From Macrostomum lignano (taxonomy: Eukaryota), in the NCBI GenBank assembly GCA_002269645.1, contig NIVC01000428.1, forward strand, positions 237,638 through 301,637: a stretch of DNA of 64,000 nt, written 5' to 3'. The position numbers were made by a program, and so were the translations under genes. Under the pieces are notes generated by a model. The model worked only from the letters and a program-made list of their open reading frames with translations, had not been told where the DNA came from and searched no databases. Of this stretch, positions 11,465 through 24,625 are shown piece after piece. Positions within the stretch are counted from its first letter, which is position 1. Every line of letters begins with the position of its first letter.

Positions 11465-12183
11465 CTGGATGGAGCCGTGGGAGGGGGTCAGCGGCGAGTT
11501 CATGTAAGCGGTGTTCTGGATGGAGCCGTGGGAGGGGGGGGGGTTCAATCAGCCGCTTTCACTGCCTTTTGCTTTAGTTTGCACGGCTAGATATGACAAC
11601 TGGAGGATGAAGAGATCACTAATTGCAGTAAGAGGCTGGACCCTTTGTTGAAAGTAGAAATTATGGTACCCTCTGAAGGACATCAGACTTCGTCGCAAAC
11701 ACTTCTAGAGGTCTGCATCGCGGTTGAATTCTTCAACGCATGATGGAGAGCAGCCTCTCTGATATAAAAGGTCTGCTCATCTAACAGGGTGACGTACTCG
11801 CCATTCTAGATAATGTAGATGCTCTTCAAAAGCGTCTCAACGCTGCCAAGCCGCTCGGTTGGCCGAAAATCGTACGAGTCTATTGATATTTGCGAGCATT
11901 TCTTGGATACAGAATCTCACCTCAGAACAAAAGAGAGGTCAAACAATTCTTTGACTAAGTGAACCTTTTTGGACCCGAAAAATGTCTCGTGGTTTTAACC
12001 AATCAGTCACCTGAGGAAAGATGATACGAGCGCTGGCTGTGGGACATTGTCACCAAAGGCGTTGCAACCCGGGTGCCCACAAACCTGGAGTTACTTTGCT
12101 TGGTAACCACTAAAGTTTTACAGGTTCCCCTGAACCGGAGCCCTGAAGCGGTTTAATAAACACATGCTAGTGACGTCACTCAC

Positions 12184-12438
12184 ATTCTCCATAAAGTACA
12201 GCGAGTACGAGTTCTGAGTGAACTCAGGATTTTGATCGTCGTAGTCCAAGACGTTCACCACCAGGGTGGCGAAGCCCGTCAGCGCCGCCGGCTGGCTGGC
12301 CGGCTCGGTCGGCAGCTCCGAGGCCGCCACGGTCATGATGTACTGGCGCGGTCCGGCGTCAAAGTCCAGCGTCCGCTGCAGCCGCACGATCCCGGATGTG
12401 ATGCCGTCTATGATGTAGAAACTGCCCAGTGTGCCGTT
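12184..12438 (-). CDS. Cadherin-related protein exon (EC2)
   Basis: tgccag acceptor; LQRTLDFD, VLDYDDQNPEF; AAT|gtgagt donor. Confidence 0.9.
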
Positions 12439-12470
12439 CTGGCAGAGCGGGTGGAAGGGAAACGCTTGAA

Positions 12471-13240
12471 TGAGTCTGTAGATTGGGTAGGGGAGTCTGT
12501 AGATTGGGTAGGGGAGTCTGTAGATTGGGTAGGGGAGTCTGTAGATTGGGTAGGGGAGTCTGTAGATTGGGTAGGGGAGTCTGTAGGCTGGGTAGGAGAG
12601 TCTGTAGATTGGGTAGGGGAGTCTGTAGGTTGGGTAGGGGAGTCTGTAGATTGGTTAGGGGAGTCTGTAGGCTGGGTAGGGGAGTCTGTAGATTGGGTAG
12701 GAGAGTCTGTAGGCTGGGTAGGAGAGTCTGTAGGCTGGGTAGGAGAGTCTGTAAGCTGAGTAGGAGAGTCTGTAGGCTGGGTAGGGGAGTCTGTAGGCTG
12801 GGTAGGAGAGTCTGTAGGCTGGGTAGGAGAGTCTGTAGGCTGGGTAGGAGAGTCTGTAAGCTGAGTAGGAGAGTCTGTAGGCTGGGTAGGAGAGTCTGTA
12901 GGCTGAGTAGGAGAGTCTGTAGGCTGGTTAGGGGAGTCTGTAGGCTGGGTAGGAGAGTCTGTAGATTGGGTAGGGGAGTCTGTAGGCTGGGTAGGGGAGT
13001 CTGTAGGCTGGGTAGGGGAGTCTGTAGGCTGGGTAGGGGAGTCTGTAGGCTGGGTAGGGGAGTCTGTAGGCTGGGTAGGGGAGTCTGTAGGCTGGGTAGG
13101 GGTGTCTGTAGGTTGGGTAGGAGAGTCTGTAGGCTGGGTAGGAGAGTCTGTAGGCTGGGTAGGGGAGTCTGTAGGCTGGGTAGGAGAGTCTGTAGGCTGG
13201 GTAGGAGAGTCTGTAGGCTGGGTAGGGGAGTCCTTAGGCT
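12471..13240. repeat. Intronic minisatellite, 21 bp unit GGGTAGGGGAGTCTGTAGGCT
   Basis: About 36 copies. Confidence 0.95.
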
Positions 13241-13318
13241 GGGAGCTGACAGTCTGCAGAGGGTTGACAAGGGAGTGTGTGGAGAAGAAAAAAGTAGAAA
13301 AATGCATCAGCTGCGCAC

Positions 13319-13411
13319 CGTCAGTTGAAAGTTGAAGGTCAGCTGATTGGACTTGTCGGCGTCGGTCACGTGACTGTTGAGCTGCGTGATGAGCGTGTTG
13401 ACACTGGCTGA
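13319..13411 (-). CDS. Cadherin-related protein exon (EC2)
   Basis: ctccag acceptor; HVTDADKSNQLTF; ACG|gtgcgc donor; 93 nt. Confidence 0.8.
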
Positions 13412-13498
13412 CTGGAGGGTGGAGAGGGGTGGTCAACGTATTGCTTGGTGATTCATGCATCTTGGCTAGATTAGCAATCCATCAAACCGCGCGCAGAC

Positions 13499-13902
13499 CT
13501 CAGACACGTTCACCGCAAAGTAGTTCGGGCTGAAGGCTGGCGGGAACTCGTTCACATCCACCAGCCGAATGAGGAAGGTGGCCGTGTCCGAAGATGATGT
13601 GCACTGAATGGTGACGGTGATGGCGGACGGCACGGACGCTTTCGAGATGGTTGAGCCGTCGCTGCACGAGGTGAAATTCTCGAGATCGAAGGTGCGAGCG
13701 AGTCGCAGGAAGCCGCTGCTGAGCTCAAAGTAGCAGATGTACTCCGGCAGTCCCAGCAGGGTGTTCTGGTAGCTTGAGTCGATTGAGTAGATGCCATAAC
13801 CCGCTGGTGTGGTCTCACTGATCTCCGAGATGTTCAAACTGCTGTTGCAGGCGGCCTCAGCTGTCGGGTTGCGGAAAAGGTAGGCGATGCAGCTCTGCGG
13901 TG
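13499..13902 (-). CDS. Cadherin-related protein exon (EC1)
   Basis: ISETTPAGY, LARTFDLE, LVDVNEFPPAF; GAG|gtctgc donor. The 5' edge is uncertain (13894 in phase 0, or 13902 in phase 1). Confidence 0.85.
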
Positions 13903-13904
13903 CT

Positions 13905-15300
13905 CTCCCATCTGTCCCTCATCACTCCCCCTCTGTCCCTCATCACTCCCCATCTGTCCCTCATCACTCCCCATCTGTCCCTCATCACTCCCCATCTGTC
14001 CCTCATCACTCCCCATCTGTCCCTCATCACTCCCCCTCTGTCCCTCATCTCCCCCTTTGTCCCTCATCACTCCCCATCTGTCCCTCATCACTCCCCATCT
14101 GTCCCTCATCACTCCCCCTCTGTCCCTCATCACTCCCCCTCTGTCCCTCATCACTCCCCATCTGTCCCTCATCACTCCCCATCTGTCCCTCATCACTCCC
14201 CATCTGTCCCTCATCACTCCCCATCTGTCCCTCATCACTCCCCATCTGTCCCTCATCACTCCCCATCTGTCCCTCATCACTCCCCCTCTGTCCCTCATCA
14301 CTCCCCATCTGTCCCTCATCACTCCCCATCTGTCCCTCATCACTCTCCATCTGTCCCTCATCACTCCCCATCTGTCCCTCATCACTCCCCATCTGTCCCT
14401 CATCACTCCCTCTCTGTCCCTCATCTCCCCCTTTGTCCCTCATCACTCCCCATCTGTCCCTCATCACTCCCCATCTGTCCCTCATCACTCCCCATCTGTC
14501 CCTCATCTCCCCCTCTGTCCCTCATCTCCCCCTCTGTCCATCATCTCCCCCTCTGTCCCTCATCTCCCCTCTGTCCCCCTCATCTCTCCCCATCTGTCCC
14601 TCATCTCCCCATCTGTCCCTCATCTCCCCCTCTGTCCCTCATCTCCCCCTCTGTCCCTCATCTCCCCCTCTGTCCCTCATCTCCCCCTCTGTCCCTCATC
14701 TCCCCCTCTGTCCCTCATCTCCCCCTCTGTCCCTCATCTCCTCTCTGTCCCTCATCTCCCCTCTGTCCCCCTCATCTCTCCCCATCTGTCCCTCATCTCC
14801 CCCTCTGTCCCTCATCTCCCCCTCTGTCCCTCATCTCCCCCTCTGTCCCTCATCTCCTCTCTGTCCCTCATCTCCCCCTCTGTCTCTCATCTCCCCCTCT
14901 GTCCCTCATCTCCCCCTCTGTCCCTCATCTCCCCCTCTGTCCCTCATCTCCTCTCTGTCCCTCATCTCCCCCTCTGTCCCTCATCTCCCCCTCTGTCCCT
15001 CATCTCCCCTCTGTCCCTCATCTCCCCCTCTGTCCCTCATCTCCTCTCTGTCCCTCATCTCCCCCTCTGTCCCTCATCTCCTCTCTGTCCCTCATCTCCC
15101 CCTCTGTCCCTTGTCTCTCTCTTAATCTCTCATCTCCCCTCAATCTCTCATCTCCACTCAATCTCTCATCTCCCCTCAATCTCTCATCTCCCCTCAATCT
15201 CTCATCTCCCCTCAATCTCTCATCTCCCCTCAATCTCTCATCTACCCTCAATCTCTCATCTCCCCCTCAATCTCTCATCTCCCCCTCTGTCTTTCATCTC
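13905..15300. repeat. Compound pyrimidine-rich minisatellite (TCCCCATCTGTCCCTCATCAC shifting to TCCCCCTCTGTCCCTCATC, then TCCCCTCAATCTCTCATC)
   Basis: The unit changes gradually along the array, from 21 to 19 to 18 bp. Confidence 0.93.
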
Positions 15301-15492
15301 TCCCTCTGTCCTTTGTCTCTCTCTCTGGATCTCATCTCCTGGATTCACCCATCAATCACCCCCTTGTTCCCCCTCTATCTCTCCTATTTTTTCTACATCA
15401 ATCCGTCCATAATTCATACTTTTCCTACTTTGACATCCCATCTTTCCTAATAGCTTCCCAAAAGAAGACATCTTCTTTGAGAATCAGCTCAC

Positions 15493-15604
15493 CTGTCCGC
15501 GGCAGACCCATCATCAACAGCACCACCAGCAGCAGCGGCGGCAGCAGCTTCAACAGAGCGGCAATCGGAGAATGCCAAGGATGTAGAACAGCGGAGGCTG
15601 ACAT
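15493..15604 (-). CDS. Cadherin-related protein, first coding exon (signal peptide)
   Basis: accATG at 15604; MSASAVLHPWHSPIAALLKLLPPLLLVVLLMMGLPRT with a hydrophobic core; G|gtgagc donor. Confidence 0.7.
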
Positions 15605-16336
15605 GGTCTCTCAGCTGAAGAGTTGTCAAACCGTGAGAACCAAAGCCCAGCTACTGCAAGCGGGTGGACTCAAGCTGTCTTGAGCAAGGCCAAAACACGC
15701 CCGTCACTTCCAGTGTAAGCTTTCGCGTCAGAGAGAGAGCTGCTGCGGTCCTTATTCAATGAGTGTTTGCGAAGTTTCTTTCCTTTCTTTTTTTATGCTG
15801 TCTGCGACTGCAGCTGGGCTTGGGGGTGGGTCAGGCCTGGCAAGGGCGGGTCTCCGGGGCTCTCAATGCCAGCTACACCGAACAGAAGTGAATAGACAAA
15901 CAGCAGGAGAGATGATGAACAAGGGCTTGGTCAAAATAGCAGAACAGATTGAGAGGCTGGGACAGCGGCCGTGAATTCTCTCGGCTGTCAGGGCGGGCCA
16001 ACTCGCCGAGCTAAAATATAACCACTCTCCACCTGAGAAGCTGTTGAGTAGGATGACTGCGAAAATAATAATAATAATAGTATCATTGCGCCTGCCTAGC
16101 AACAGGGGATGCGTGAGGGGCGGCAGGTTGACAAAGCATCGTTGTGCTGATTGAATAATCAATAAACTAAAGGTGTGCAACTGAGAACGGTTTAGCTGAG
16201 ATTTGACTGCCACCCACTCGCTCAACACTTCACGACGTTTCGAGTGAAGGGCCAGAGCTGGAAATTAATTAATTAGTTTTTCTGGAAACACTGACAATCT
16301 GAGAGACTGGCGCAGTCTGGAACAATGGCTGCTCCT

Positions 16337-19300
16337 GGATTTCAAATACAGGGTTGGCGATTTCAAATACAGGGTTGTCGATTTCAAATACAGGGTTGGC
16401 AATTTTAAATACAGGGTTGTGGATTTCAAATACAGGGTTGGCGATTTCAAATACAGGGTTGTCGATTTCAAATACAGGGTTGGCAATTTTAAATACAGGG
16501 TTGTGGATTTCAAATACAGGGTTGGCGATTTCAAATACAGGGTTGGCGATTTCAAATACAGGGTTGTGGATTTCAAATACAGGGTTGGCGATTTCAAATA
16601 CAGGGCTGGCGATTTCAAATACAGTGTTGTCGATTTCAAATACAGGGTTGGCAATTTTAAATACAGGGTTGTGGATTTCAAATACAGGGTTGTCGATTTC
16701 AAATACAGGGTTGTCGATTTCAAATACAGGGTTGGCAATTTTAAATACAGGGTTGTCGATTTCAAATACAGGGTTGTCGATTTCAAATACAGGGTTGTCG
16801 ATTTCAAATACAGGGTTGGCAATTTTAAATACAGGGTTGTGGATTTCAAATACAGAGTTGTCGATTTCAAATACAGGGTTGTCGATTTCAAATACAGGGT
16901 TGGCAATTTTAAATACAGGGTTGTGGATTTCAAATACAAGGTTGTGGATTTCAAATACAAGGTTGTGGATTTCAAATACAGGGTTGTCGATTTCAAATAC
17001 AGGGTTGTCGATTTCAAATACAGGGTTGGCGATTTCAAATACAGGGTTGGCGATTTCAAATACAGGGCTGTCGATTTCAAATACAGGGTTGGCGATTTCA
17101 AATACAAGGTTGTGGATTTCAAATACAGGGTTGTCGATTTCAAATACATGGCTGTCGATTTCAAATACAGGGCTGGCGATTTCAAATACAGGGTTGGCGA
17201 TTTCAAATACAGGGCTGTCGATTTCAAATACAGGGTTGGCGATTTCAAATACAAGGTTGTGGATTTCAAATACAGGGTTGTCGATTTCAAATACAGGGTT
17301 GTGGATTTCAAATACAGGGTTGTCGATTTCAAATACAAGGTTGTGGATTTCAAATACAGGGTTGTCGATTTCAAATACATGGCTGTCGATTTCAAATACA
17401 GGGCTGGCGATTTCAAATACAGGGTTGGCGATTTCAAATACAGGGCTGTCGATTTCAAATACAGGGTTGGCGATTTCAAATACAAGGTTGTGGATTTCAA
17501 ATACAGGGTTGTCGATTTCAAATACAGGGTTGTCGATTTCAAATACAGGGTTGTCGATTTCAAATACAAGGTTGTGGATTTCAAATACAGGGCTGTCGAT
17601 TTCAAATACAGGGTTGGCGATTTCAAATACAGGGCTGTCGATTTCAAATACAAGGTTGTGGATTTCAAATACAGGGCTGTCGATTTCAAATACAAGGTTG
17701 TCGATTTCAAATACAAGGTTGTGGATTTCAAATACAGGGTTGTCGATTTCAAATACAGGGTTGTCGATTTCAAATACAGGGTTGGCGATTTTAAATACAG
17801 GGTTGTGGATTTTAAATACAGGGCTGTCGATTTCAAATACAGACCTGTCGATTTCAAATACAGGGTTGTCGATTTCAAATACAGGGTTGGCAATTTTAAA
17901 TACAGGGTTGTGGATTTCAAAAACAGGGTTGGCGATTTCAAATACAGGGTTGTCGATTTCAAATACAGGGTTGGCGATTTCAAATACAGGGTTGTCGATT
18001 TCAAATACAGGGTTGTCGATTTCAAATACAGGGTTGTCGATTTCAAATACAGGGTTGGCGATTTTAAATACAGGGTTGTGGATTTTAAATACAGGGCTGT
18101 CGATTTCAAATACAGACCTGTCGATTTCAAATACAGGGTTGTCGATTTCAAATACAGGGTTGTCGATTTCAAATACAGGGTTGGCAATTTTAAATACAGG
18201 GTTGTGGATTTCAAATACAGGGTTGTCGATTTCAAATACAGGGTTGTCGATTTCAAATACAGGGTTGGCAATTTTAAATACAGGGTTGTGGATTTCAAAT
18301 ACAGGGTTGTCGATTTCAAATACAGGGTTGTCGATTTCAAATACAGGGTTGGCGATTTCAAATACAGGGTTGGCGATTTCAAATACAGGGCTGTCGATTT
18401 CAAATACAGGGTTGGCGATTTCAAATACAAGGTTGTGGATTTCAAATACAGGGTTGTCGATTTCAAATACATGGCTGTCGATTTCAAATACAGGGCTGGC
18501 GATTTCAAATACAGGGTTGGCGATTTCAAATACAGGGCTGTCGATTTCAAATACAGGGTTGGCGATTTCAAATACAAGGTTGTGGATTTCAAATACAGGG
18601 TTGTCGATTTCAAATACAGGGTTGTCGATTTCAAATACAGGGTTGTCGATTTCAAATACAAGGTTGTGGATTTCAAATACAGGGCTGTCGATTTCAAATA
18701 CAGGGTTGGCGATTTCAAATACAGGGCTGTCGATTTCAAATACAAGGTTGTGGATTTCAAATACAGGGCTGTCGATTTCAAATACAAGGTTGTCGATTTC
18801 AAATACAAGGTTGTGGATTTTAAATACAGGGTTGTCGATTTCAAATACAGGGTTGTCGATTTCAAATAAATACAGGGTTGTGGATTTTAAATACAGGGCT
18901 GTCGATTTCAAATACAGACCTGTCGATTTCAAATACAGGGTTGTCGATTTCAAATACAGGGTTGGCAATTTTAAATACAGGGTTGTGGATTTCAAATACA
19001 GGGTTGTCGATTTCAAATACAGGGTTGTCGATTTCAAATACAGGGTTGGCAATTTTAAATACAGGGTTGTGGATTTCAAATACAGGGTTGTCGATTTCAA
19101 ATACAGGGTTGTCGATTTCAAATACAGGGTTGGCGATTTCAAATACAGGGTTGGCGATTTCAAATACAAGGTTGTGGATTTCAAATACAGGGTTGTCGAT
19201 TTCAAATACATGGCTGTCGATTTCAAATACAGGGCTGGCGATTTCAAATACAGGGTTGGCGATTTCAAATACAGGGCTGTCGATTTCAAATACAGGGTTG

Positions 19301-22300
19301 GCGATTTCAAATACAAGGTTGTGGATTTCAAATACAGGGTTGTCGATTTCAAATACAGGGTTGTCGATTTCAAATACAGGGTTGTCGATTTCAAATACAA
19401 GGTTGTGGATTTCAAATACAGGGCTGTCGATTTCAAATACAGGGTTGGCGATTTCAAATACAGGGCTGTCGATTTCAAATACAAGGTTGTGGATTTCAAA
19501 TACAGGGCTGTCGATTTCAAATACAAGGTTGTCGATTTCAAATACAAGGTTGTGGATTTTAAATACAGGGTTGTCGATTTCAAATACAGGGTTGTCGATT
19601 TCAAATACAGGGTTGGCGATTTTAAATACAGGGTTGTGGATTTTAAATACAGGGCTGTCGATTTCAAATACAGACCTGTCGATTTCAAATACAGGGTTGT
19701 CGATTTCAAATACAGGGTTGGCAATTTTAAATACAGGGTTGTGGATTTCAAATACAGGGTTGTCGATTTCAAATACAGGGTTGTCGATTTCAAATACAGG
19801 GTTGGCAATTTTAAATACAGGGTTGTGGATTTCAAATACAGGGTTGTCGATTTCAAATACAGGGTTGTCGATTTCAAATACAGGGTTGGCGATTTCAAAT
19901 ACAGGGTTGGCGATTTCAAATACAGGGCTGTCGATTTCAAATACAGGGTTGGCGATTTCAAATACAAGGTTGTGGATTTCAAATACAGGGTTGTCGATTT
20001 CAAATACATGGCTGTCGATTTCAAATACAGGGCTGGCGATTTCAAATACAGGGTTGGCGATTTCAAATACAGGGCTGTCGATTTCAAATACAGGGTTGGC
20101 GATTTCAAATACAAGGTTGTGGATTTCAAATACAGGGTTGTCGATTTCAAATACAGGGTTGGCGATTTTAAATACAGGGTTGTGGATTTTAAATACAGGG
20201 CTGTCGATTTCAAATACAGACCTGTCGATTTCAAATACAGGGTTGTCGATTTCAAATACAGGGTTGTCGATTTCAAATACAGGGTTGGCAATTTTAAATA
20301 CAGGGTTGTGGATTTCAAATACAGGGTTGTCGATTTCAAATACAGGGTTGTCGATTTCAAATACAGGGTTGGCAATTTTAAATACAGGGTTGTGGATTTC
20401 AAATACAGGGTTGTCGATTTCAAATACAGGGTTGTCGATTTCAAATACAGGGTTGGCGATTTCAAATACAGGGTTGGCGATTTCAAATACAGGGCTGTCG
20501 ATTTCAAATACAGGGTTGGCGATTTCAAATACAAGGTTGTGGATTTCAAATACAGGGTTGTCGATTTCAAATACATGGCTGTCGATTTCAAATACAGGGC
20601 TGGCGATTTCAAATACAGGGTTGGCGATTTCAAATACAGGGCTGTCGATTTCAAATACAGGGTTGGCGATTTCAAATACAAGGTTGTGGATTTCAAATAC
20701 AGGGTTGTCGATTTCAAATACAGGGTTGTCGATTTCAAATACAGGGTTGTCGATTTCAAATACAAGGGTTGGGATTTCAAATACAGGGTTGTCGATTTCA
20801 AATACAGGGTTGTCGATTTCAAATACAGGGTTGTCGATTTCAAATACAGGGCTGTCGATTTCAAATACAAGGTTGTCGATTTCAAATACAAGGTTGTGGA
20901 TTTCAAATACAGGGTTGTCGATTTCAAATACAGGGTTGTCGATTTCAAATACAGGGTTGGCGATTTCAAATACAGGGTTGTGGATTTTAAATACAGGGCT
21001 TGTCGATTTCAAATACAGACCTGTCGATTTCAAATACAGGGTTGTCGATTTCAAATACAGGGTTGGCATTTTAAATACAGGGTTGTGGATTTCAAATACA
21101 GGGTTGTCGATTTCAAATACAGGGTTGTCGATTTCAAATACAGGGTTGGCAATTTTAAATACAGGGTTGTGGATTTCAAATACAGGGTTGTCGATTTCAA
21201 ATACAGGGTTGTCGATTTCAAATACAGGGTTGGCGATTTCAAATACAGGGTTGGCGATTTCAAATACAGGTTGTGATTTCAAATACAGGGTTGTCGATTT
21301 CAAATACAGGCTGTTGATTTCAAATACAGGGCTGGCGATTTCAAATACAGGGTTGGCGATTTCAAATACAGGGCTTGTCGATTTCAAATACAGGGTTGGC
21401 GATTTCAAATACAAGGTTGTGGATTTCAAATACAGGGTTGTCGATTTCAAATACAGGGTTGTCGATTTCAAATACAGGGTTGTCGATTTCAAATACAAGG
21501 TTGTGGATTTCAAATACAGGGCTGTCGATTTCAAATACAGGGTTGTCGATTTCAAATACAGGGCTTGTCGATTTCAAATACAAGGTTGTGGATTTCAAAT
21601 ACAGGGCTGTCGATTTCAAATACAGGTTGTCGATTTCAAATACAAGGTTGTGGATTTCAAATACAGGGTTGTCGATTTCAAATACAGGGTTGTCGATTTC
21701 AAATACAGGGTTGGCGATTTTAAATACAGGGTTGTGGATTTTAAATACAGGGCTGTCGATTTCAAATACAGGGTGTCGATTTCAAATACAGGGTTGTCGA
21801 TTTCAAATACAGGGTTGGCATTTTAAATACAGGGTTGTGGATTTCAAATACAGGGTTGTCGATTTCAAATACAGGGTTGTCGATTTCAAATACAGGGTTG
21901 GCATTTCAAATACAGGGTTGTGGATTTCAAATACAGGGTTGTCGATTTCAAATACAGGGTTGGATTTCAAATACAGGGTTGGCGATTTCAAATACAGGGT
22001 TGGCGATTTCAAATACAGGGCTGTCGATTTCAAATACAGGGTTGGCGATTTCAAATACAGGTTGTGGATTTCAAATACAGGGTTGTCGATTTCAAATACA
22101 GGCTGTCGATTTCAAATACAGGGCTGGCGATTTCAAATACAGGGTTGGCGATTTCAAATACAGGGCTGTCGATTTCAAATACAGGGTTGGCGATTTCAAA
22201 TACAAGGTTGTGGATTTCAAATACAGGGCTGTCGATTTCAAATACAGGGTTGGCGATTTCAAATACAGGGCTGTCGATTTCAAATACAAGGTTGTGGATT

Positions 22301-23665
22301 TCAAATACAGGGCTGTCGATTTCAAATACAAGGTTGTGGATTTCAAATACAGGGCTGTCGATTTCAAATACAGGGCTGGCGATTTCAAATACAGGGTTGG
22401 CGATTTCAAATACAGGGCTGTCGATTTCAAATACAGGGTTGGCGATTTCAAATACAGGGTTGGCGATTTCAAATACATGGCTGTCGATTTCAAATACAGG
22501 GTTGGCGATTTCAAATACAGGGTGGCGATTTCAAATACAGGGTTGTCGATTTCAAATACAGGCTGTCGATTTCAAATACAAGGTTGTGGATTTCAAATAC
22601 AGGGTTGATTTCAAATACAGGCTGTCGATTTCAAATACAGGGTTGTCGATTTCAAATACAGGGTTGTCGATTTCAAATACAGGGTTGTCGATTTCAAATA
22701 CAGGGCTGTCGATTTCAAATACAGGGTTGTGGATTTCAAATACAGGGCTGTCGATTTCAAATACAGGGTTGGCGATTTCAAATACAGGGTTGTCGATTTC
22801 AAATACAGGGTTGGCGATTTCAAATACAGGGCTGTCGATTTCAAATACAGGGTTGGCGATTTCAAATACAGGGCTGTCGATTTCAAATACAGGTTGTCGA
22901 TTTCAAATACAGGGCTGTCGATTTCAAATACAGGGTTGGCGATTTCAAATACAGGGTTGGCGATTTCAAATACATGGCTGTCGATTTCAAATACAGGGTT
23001 GGCGATTTCAAATACAAGGTTGTGGATTTCAAATACAGGGTTGTCGATTTCAAATACAGGGTTGTCGATTTCAAATACAGGGTGGCGATTTCAAATACAG
23101 GGTTCGATTTCAAATACAGGTTGTCGATTTCAAATACAGGTTGTCGATTTCAAATACAGGGTTGTCGATTTCAAATACAGGGTTGTCGATTTCAAATACA
23201 GGGTTGTCGATTTCAAATACAGGGTTGTCGATTTCAAATACAGGGCTGTCGATTTCAAATACAGGTTGTCGATTTCAAATACAGGGTTGTGGATTTTAAA
23301 TACAGGGTTGTCGATTTCAAATACAGGGTTGTCGATTTCAAATACAGGGTTGTCGATTTCAAATACAGGGTTGGCATTTTAAATACAGGGTTGTCGATTT
23401 CAAATACAGGGTTGTCGATTTCAAATACAGGGTTGTCGATTTCAAATACAGGGTTGTCGATTTCAAATACAGGGTTGTCGATTTCAAATACAGGGTTGTC
23501 GATTTCAAATACAGGGTTGGCGATTTCAAATACAGGGTTGTCGATTTCAAATACAGGGTTGGCGATTTCAAATACAGGGTTGGCGATTTCAAATACAGGG
23601 TTGGCAAATACAGATTTCAAATACAGGGTTGGCGATTTCAAATACAGACTTGTCGATTTCAAAGT
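16337..23665. repeat. 7.3-kb satellite, 21-bp monomer GATTTCAAATACAGGGTTGTC, with higher-order variant blocks
   Basis: About 350 monomers. Variant monomers recur at multiples of 21 bp; 1-nt indels increase after ~21 kb. Confidence 0.97.
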
Positions 23666-24199
23666 CATTTTCAATCAGCAAGTCAAATCTTATTGACAGA
23701 CAAGATCGCATTAACAAATACAGTTGCGAGCCTGTCTTACTGTAATTTGCTGTATCCACAGTAAACAAAGCCGGGCTGACTCGCTATATCTCGAGCTACT
23801 TTTTCCGTTTTCCCAGCCGGTAAAAATTCAATTAATTAGATTTTTTCGCAAACAATTGCGTTACTTAAAGGCAATCAGATTAATTCAATACTTTTTCTAA
23901 AAAATTCAATACAAAAACTCTTAATTTAGATTTCAATTGAGAAAGCAAACACTTCAGTTGCTATGGTAACAAATCATGAATGCAAAAATATTCGCATAGT
24001 TTAATAAAAATGTGCGTCTGGGGTGAAGCAAGCGGTTTTGAGGTAGACTGTTATGCATGCAACAAATATTCAATCGAACTCGAAAAATACCGTTAAACAC
24101 TTTTAAGCCTACTTTTAGTAATATAAAAGGGAAACACAAGCAAATGTTTTAGAGTTAAGGTATCTGTACAGATCTTTCATCCGAACTTGACTTTAGCGC

Positions 24200-24625
24200 T
24201 CCATTCTAGACATTGGCGCTCCATTCTAGACATTGGCGCCCCATTTCTAGACATTGGCGCCCCATTTCTAGACATTGGCGCCCCATTCTAGACATTGGCG
24301 CCCCATTCTAGACATTGGCGCCCCATTTCTAGACATTGGCGCCCCATTTCTAGACATTGGCGCCCCATTTCTAGACATTGGCGCCCCATTCTAGACATTG
24401 GCGCAACATTCCAGACATTGGCGCAACATTCCAGACATTGGCGCAACATTCCAGACATTGGCGCCCCATTCTAGACATTGGCGCCCCATTCTAGACATTG
24501 GCGCCCCATTTCTAGACATTGGCGCCCCATTTCTAGACATTGGCGCCCCATTCTAGACATTGGCGCCCCATTTCTAGACATTGGCGCCCCATTCCGGACA
24601 TTGGCGCCCCATTCTAGACATTGAC
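24200..24625. repeat. Minisatellite, 20-21 bp unit GGCGCCCCATTCTAGACATT
   Basis: About 20 copies. Confidence 0.95.

Noticed and set aside
7166-15450. Repetitive ORFs (SSQTGTLLK, DPESRSRIP, TDSPTQP, SPSVPHH and similar)
   Set aside because: All lie in GT-AG introns of the cadherin gene model; they are minisatellite artefacts.
16337-23665. CRISPR-like look of GTTGTCGATTTCAAATAC repeats
   Set aside because: There are no unique spacers and no cas genes, and the context is eukaryotic.
16265-23696. Giant ORFs (up to 1640 aa) on both strands
   Set aside because: They are translations of a 21-bp satellite that lacks stops in several frames, with frame switches at indels and no unique coding flanks.
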